From Desulfotalea psychrophila LSv54 (GTDB lineage Bacteria; Desulfobacterota; Desulfobulbia; Desulfobulbales; Desulfocapsaceae), in contig NC_006138.1 of assembly GCF_000025945.1 (NCBI RefSeq), positions 1,200,001 through 1,232,000 of the forward strand: 32,000 nucleotides of DNA, read 5' to 3'. The notes beneath the pieces are model-generated. The model was not told the DNA's origin and did no database searches. It saw nothing but the letters and a program-made list of their open reading frames with translations. Positions 28,480 to 32,000 of this stretch are shown here, piece by piece (positions within the stretch are counted from its first letter, which is position 1; every line of letters starts with the position of its first letter). A program made the translations under genes and the position numbers.

Positions 28480-29772
28480 TTATCTTTCGTACATGGGTAC
28501 AAAAGCACGTTGCTTGTATCCTGTGTATATTTGGCGAGGTCGACCTATCTTGGTATTCGGGTCTGCGTGCATCTCTGTCCATTGGGCAATCCATCCCGGT
28601 AGTCGTCCGAGTGCGAACATGACGGTAAACATATCGGTGGGAATTCCCATTGCCCGGTAGATAATGCCGCTATAAAAATCGACATTGGGATAGAGGTTGC
28701 GGCTGATAAAGTAGTCGTCTCTGAGCACCCTCTCTTCCAATTCAAAGGCTATATCCAACAGAGGGTCATGGACATTCATGCTTGCCAGCATCTCGTGGCA
28801 GGCCTCCTTTATTATCCGGGCGCGAGGGTCAAAGGTCTTGTAGACGCGGTGACCAAAGCCTGCTAGTCGGAAGGGGTCGTTCTTGTCCTTTGCCTTTTCT
28901 ATATAGTAGTTATAGTCATCGCCACTCTCATGAATCTCTTCGAGCATTTCAATGACTGCCTGGTTGGCTCCTCCATGAAGAGGTCCCCAAAGGGCACTTA
29001 CTCCTGCCGAAATTGATGCATAGAGATTTACCTGAGCGCTTCCCACCAGTCGAACGGTGCTGGTTGAGCAGTTCTGCTCATGGTCCGCATGGAGGATGAG
29101 TAGTTTGTTGAGGGCAGCGGTTACCTCTGGTTTGATCTCGTAGGGTATATTGGGACGATCAAACATCATATTGAGGAAATTTTCACAGTAATTTAACTTG
29201 TGACTGGGGTAGACAAGGGGGTAGCCATTACTCTTCTTATAGGAGAAGGCGGCGATGGTTCGAACCTTGGCCAGGAGTCGGGCGGTGGTGACGCTGATGC
29301 CCCCGTAGGGATCAGTTTTGGCGGTCATCTCAGGGTAAAAATTATGCAGGGAGTTGATGGTGGTGGAGAGGATGGACATGGGGGAGGCGTTTGGCGGAAA
29401 GTGATCAAAGAAGTGGATCATATCTTCGTGGAGCAGGGCAAAACGGTTCATGTCGTGGCGAAAGTGTTCAAGCTCCTGGTAATTTGGCAACTCACCGTGG
29501 AGAATGAGATAGGAGACCTCGACAAAGCTGCAGTTGGCGGCGAGGTCTTCAATGGAGTATCCTCGGTAGTTGAGAATGCCCTTGTCTCCATCAAGGTAGG
29601 TAATGCTGCTGAAGCAGGATGCGGTGTTCATAAAGCCCCTATCAAGGGTTATATGCCCCGTATCCTTGAGCAGCGATCGGATATCAATGGCTTTCTCGCC
29701 GGTGGTTGATTCGATGATGGGGAGTGAGTATTGTTTGCCGTCGAGGCTGAGTGTTGCAAATTTTTCGGACAT
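28480..29772 (-). CDS. gltA: Citrate synthase
   Basis: YRGYSIEDLA...ILHADHEQNCSTSTVRLVGSAQVNLYASISAGVSALWGPLHGGANQAV...GFGHRVYKTFDPRA...RPRQIYTGYKQRAFVPM. Confidence 0.98.
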   Translation of the reverse strand: MSEKFATLSLDGKQYSLPIIESTTGEKAIDIRSLLKDTGHITLDRGFMNTASCFSSITYLDGDKGILNYRGYSIEDLAANCSFVEVSYLILHGELPNYQELEHFRHDMNRFALLHEDMIHFFDHFPPNASPMSILSTTINSLHNFYPEMTAKTDPYGGISVTTARLLAKVRTIAAFSYKKSNGYPLVYPSHKLNYCENFLNMMFDRPNIPYEIKPEVTAALNKLLILHADHEQNCSTSTVRLVGSAQVNLYASISAGVSALWGPLHGGANQAVIEMLEEIHESGDDYNYYIEKAKDKNDPFRLAGFGHRVYKTFDPRARIIKEACHEMLASMNVHDPLLDIAFELEERVLRDDYFISRNLYPNVDFYSGIIYRAMGIPTDMFTVMFALGRLPGWIAQWTEMHADPNTKIGRPRQIYTGYKQRAFVPMYER

Positions 29773-30027
29773 GATACACCTTTAGGTCGAGCGTTTAGAC
29801 ACGCATTTTTGGATATTTCCAACGGTTTGTGGTAGCGCCTGGCAGGGTTGTGTGGAAAATCTCTGAGAGAAGGCGACTGTTGGATGAACAAACTAGGAGT
29901 CTTTGTAGACAGTTAGGTTCTGGGCTTGTGCTTTTTGCAGAAAGCACACATACATTGTATCAAATTTGTAGCTATTATTGGAATATATTTTACAAAAAAA
30001 GCATTATTTTTCAAAAAAGGTATCTTT

Positions 30028-30750
30028 ATGGTTAAGGATGGGAAGTCCCGACAGGCAGATCTGTATGGGTGGCGGAGGAAGGTCTTGATGGACGAGGTGA
30101 CGGTGTACCCTGTCTGTTGCGAACAACTTTCCGCTGGAAGATCGGATAAGGAGTGGTTGGATAATGTTTTGGCGGGCGGAGCAAAGATTGTTCAGCTTCG
30201 GGATAAAAAAAGTGATGATCGTCTTTTGCTTGAGAAGGCAAAATATTTTCGGGAGAAAACCCGGGAGGCGGGGGCGCTTTTTTTGATAAATGACAGATTT
30301 GATATTGGCCTTTTGGCGGATTCCGACGGTATTCATGTGGGTCAGGGAGATCTGCCCCCCGAGGAGATTCGCCGTCTTACCCCAGATTGGATTATTGGTC
30401 AATCCTGTAATGATCTGGCAGAGGTGGAAGCCCTGGGTGCTCAGGTGCAGGCGGGTTCCTCGGCTGTTGATTATTATAATATTGGTCCAATTTATAGAAC
30501 GGATACCAAGGAGGGTTTGCATACCTTTTTGGGCGCCGGAGACATCCAGCAGATATCTGCAGCCTGCCCTCTGCCCTTTACGGTGATGGGTGGTATAAAG
30601 TGGGATCATATTCCAGAGCTGGCGGCTGCCGGGGTACGGCGTATGGCCGTGGTGACGGCAATAAGTATGGCGGCTGATATGCAGGCAGAGACAAGGCGAT
30701 GGATAGATGAGATTAGGCGTGTGACCACCCTGCCTGTTAACTCGTTATAG
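30028..30750 (+). CDS. thiE: Thiamine-phosphate synthase
   Basis: VQLRDKKSDDRLL...FLINDRFDIGLLADSDGIHVGQGDLPPEEIRRL...IGQSCNDLAEVEAL..SAVDYYNIGPIYRTDTKEG...VMGGIKWDHIPEL. Confidence 0.92.
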   Translation: MVKDGKSRQADLYGWRRKVLMDEVTVYPVCCEQLSAGRSDKEWLDNVLAGGAKIVQLRDKKSDDRLLLEKAKYFREKTREAGALFLINDRFDIGLLADSDGIHVGQGDLPPEEIRRLTPDWIIGQSCNDLAEVEALGAQVQAGSSAVDYYNIGPIYRTDTKEGLHTFLGAGDIQQISAACPLPFTVMGGIKWDHIPELAAAGVRRMAVVTAISMAADMQAETRRWIDEIRRVTTLPVNSL

Positions 30751-30761
30751 AGGAATGGAAT

Positions 30762-31466
30762 TTGGAGAATTTAGCTATGACTGAGAAAAAAGCCCCTGGT
30801 CAGGGTGCGATTTTAGAAGAGATAAAAACCTTTGTCTGTTTTGCCGTGGCACCGGAAAAACAGGCCTTGGCGATGGAGTTGGTCTGCCGCTACCAAGAAG
30901 ATAGTATTGTTCAGCAGCTTCTCTGTGAACACTACTCTTCTCTGCCGGAGGCTGTTGAGGAACCTATCCTGGCTATTCGGGAACTTTCCTCCCAACAGGG
31001 CATTTACTGTCTATTGCTGGTGGCGGAGAGTGTGAGCTTTTTCTATCTTGTCTCGGCTGATCAGGTGGTTTACGCGGGTTGTCGTGCAGAGGAGTTGAGC
31101 GCCGATCTTCTCAGGTTTATTGATCTGGGTGACTGGGCAAATTTGGATAAGCTGGTTGCTAAGCCGGAGCAGTTTCCTCTCTATGGGGGGCTGGAGAAGA
31201 GGAAGGCTGTTTGTTCTGTCTGTGGCGTTGCTGAAGGTGATGCTCACCTGCTTGGCTGTCTTGTTGAGATTTGCCCATGGTGTGATGGGCAGCTGAACAC
31301 CTGTAACTGTCGCTTTGAGAAGCTCGGGGTGGATGAGATTAACTCGGAGGAAGAGTTGGAAAAATTTGAAAAACTTTTAGCAGAGAAGGGGCGGGTTCCT
31401 TTTAGTGCGGAGCAGGGACTTGCTTATCCTGGCTCCAGTAAGGGGCTTGATCCTGCGGACGATTAG
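30762..31466 (+). CDS. Hypothetical protein with C-terminal cysteine cluster (putative zinc ribbon)
   Basis: 234-aa ORF following thiE; RKAVCSVCGVAEGDAHLLGCLVEICPWCDGQLNTCNCRFEKL. Confidence 0.7.
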   Translation: MENLAMTEKKAPGQGAILEEIKTFVCFAVAPEKQALAMELVCRYQEDSIVQQLLCEHYSSLPEAVEEPILAIRELSSQQGIYCLLLVAESVSFFYLVSADQVVYAGCRAEELSADLLRFIDLGDWANLDKLVAKPEQFPLYGGLEKRKAVCSVCGVAEGDAHLLGCLVEICPWCDGQLNTCNCRFEKLGVDEINSEEELEKFEKLLAEKGRVPFSAEQGLAYPGSSKGLDPADD

Positions 31467-31501
31467 TCAGGATATTTTTTGAGTCGTTCCTGCTTGAACA
31501 A

Positions 31502-31540
31502 AGGAGCTGCAACCAATAATGGTTGCAGCTCCTTTTTTTT
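31502..31540. terminator. Rho-independent terminator between convergent genes
   Basis: AGGAGCTGCAACC-AATAAT-GGTTGCAGCTCC-TTTTTTTT. Confidence 0.9.
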
Positions 31541-31554
31541 GCTCTGCTGCGGTC

Positions 31555-32000
31555 TTATTTTCCTGTAACTGACTTGAGATATTTGAACATATCAGAGTCT
31601 GAGGAGATAACAAGTTTTGTGTTTCCACCCACAACCTTATGGTAGCTTTCCAGAGTCTTCTGGAAGGCATAGAACTCAGGGTCCTGGGAGTATGCTTTGG
31701 CATAGATTTTGGTAGCCTCAGCATCTGCCTTACCCTTGATGCCGAGGGCTTGACGCTTGGCTTCAGAGGTGATCTCTTGTAGATCCCGATCAACTTTACC
31801 GAGAATTTGGGCCTTTTCACCTTCACCGAGGGAACGTTTCTCTGCGGCAATTCGTTTCCGTTCAGAGATCATTCGTTGGTATACGGTGAGACGTACTGAC
31901 TCGATATAGTTTACCCTTTTGAACATCACGTCAATAAGCTCGATGCCGTACTGTGGGGTTACCTTGCTGGCGACCTTTAAGATCTCGTTTGAGATTTCAT
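31555..32000 (-). CDS. hflC: HflC-like SPFH/band 7 protein, C-terminal part, open at the window edge
   Basis: Reverse strand reads EILKVASKVTPQYGIELIDVMFKRVNYIESVRLTVYQRMISERKRIAAEKRSLGEGEKAQILGKVDRDLQEITSEAKRQALGIKGKADAEATKIYAKAY up to the edge. Confidence 0.93.
   Translation of the reverse strand, partial: EISNEILKVASKVTPQYGIELIDVMFKRVNYIESVRLTVYQRMISERKRIAAEKRSLGEGEKAQILGKVDRDLQEITSEAKRQALGIKGKADAEATKIYAKAYSQDPEFYAFQKTLESYHKVVGGNTKLVISSDSDMFKYLKSVTGK

Noticed and set aside
29200-29709. 169-aa plus-strand ORF inside gltA
   Set aside because: Antisense to citrate synthase; low-complexity Gly-rich translation typical of a shadow ORF.
29773-30027. TPP riboswitch upstream of thiE
   Set aside because: The region lacks a convincing thi-box (CTGAGA...ACCC...GAACCTGATCTGG-type core); an isolated CTCTGAGAGAA is not enough.

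Overview
Window from a bacterial chromosome, probably a deltaproteobacterial/Desulfobulbales-type genome (inferred from protein style, not tested). From about 17.7 kb to the end it is dense, ordinary housekeeping DNA: tRNA-Ala(GGC), mreB-mreC-mreD-mrdA(PBP2)-rodA, hemH, an HPF/cold-shock-like fusion, polA, gltA, thiE and a partial hflC. The first 14.6 kb is gene-sparse: MscS-family channel, L,D-transpeptidase, DUF882-like protein, dgkA, DUF945-like protein, flavodoxin-like protein, orphan HigB-like toxin, frameshifted HD protein, DksA-type zinc finger and a DUF6499-like protein. Its large intergenic gaps are filled by a diverged repeat family. The most complete copy (13958..14590, 633 bp) has about 26-bp imperfect terminal inverted repeats (CTGRRTTAGTACAATAAGTGCAACAG). 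At least seven full or partial copies are recognisable, and all are in the same orientation as the flanking + strand genes. Several copies carry a terminator-like hairpin near the left end and an outward sigma70-like promoter (TTGAAA-N17-YATAAT) near the right end. This repeat family is the strongest candidate for something undescribed. A second area of interest is 15.7-17.5 kb, a zone of decayed ORFs next to the tRNA-Ala gene. It includes a small membrane protein gene with a clear ribosome binding site and a 1-nt frameshift that the ORF track does not show. All coordinates and alignments were made by eye.
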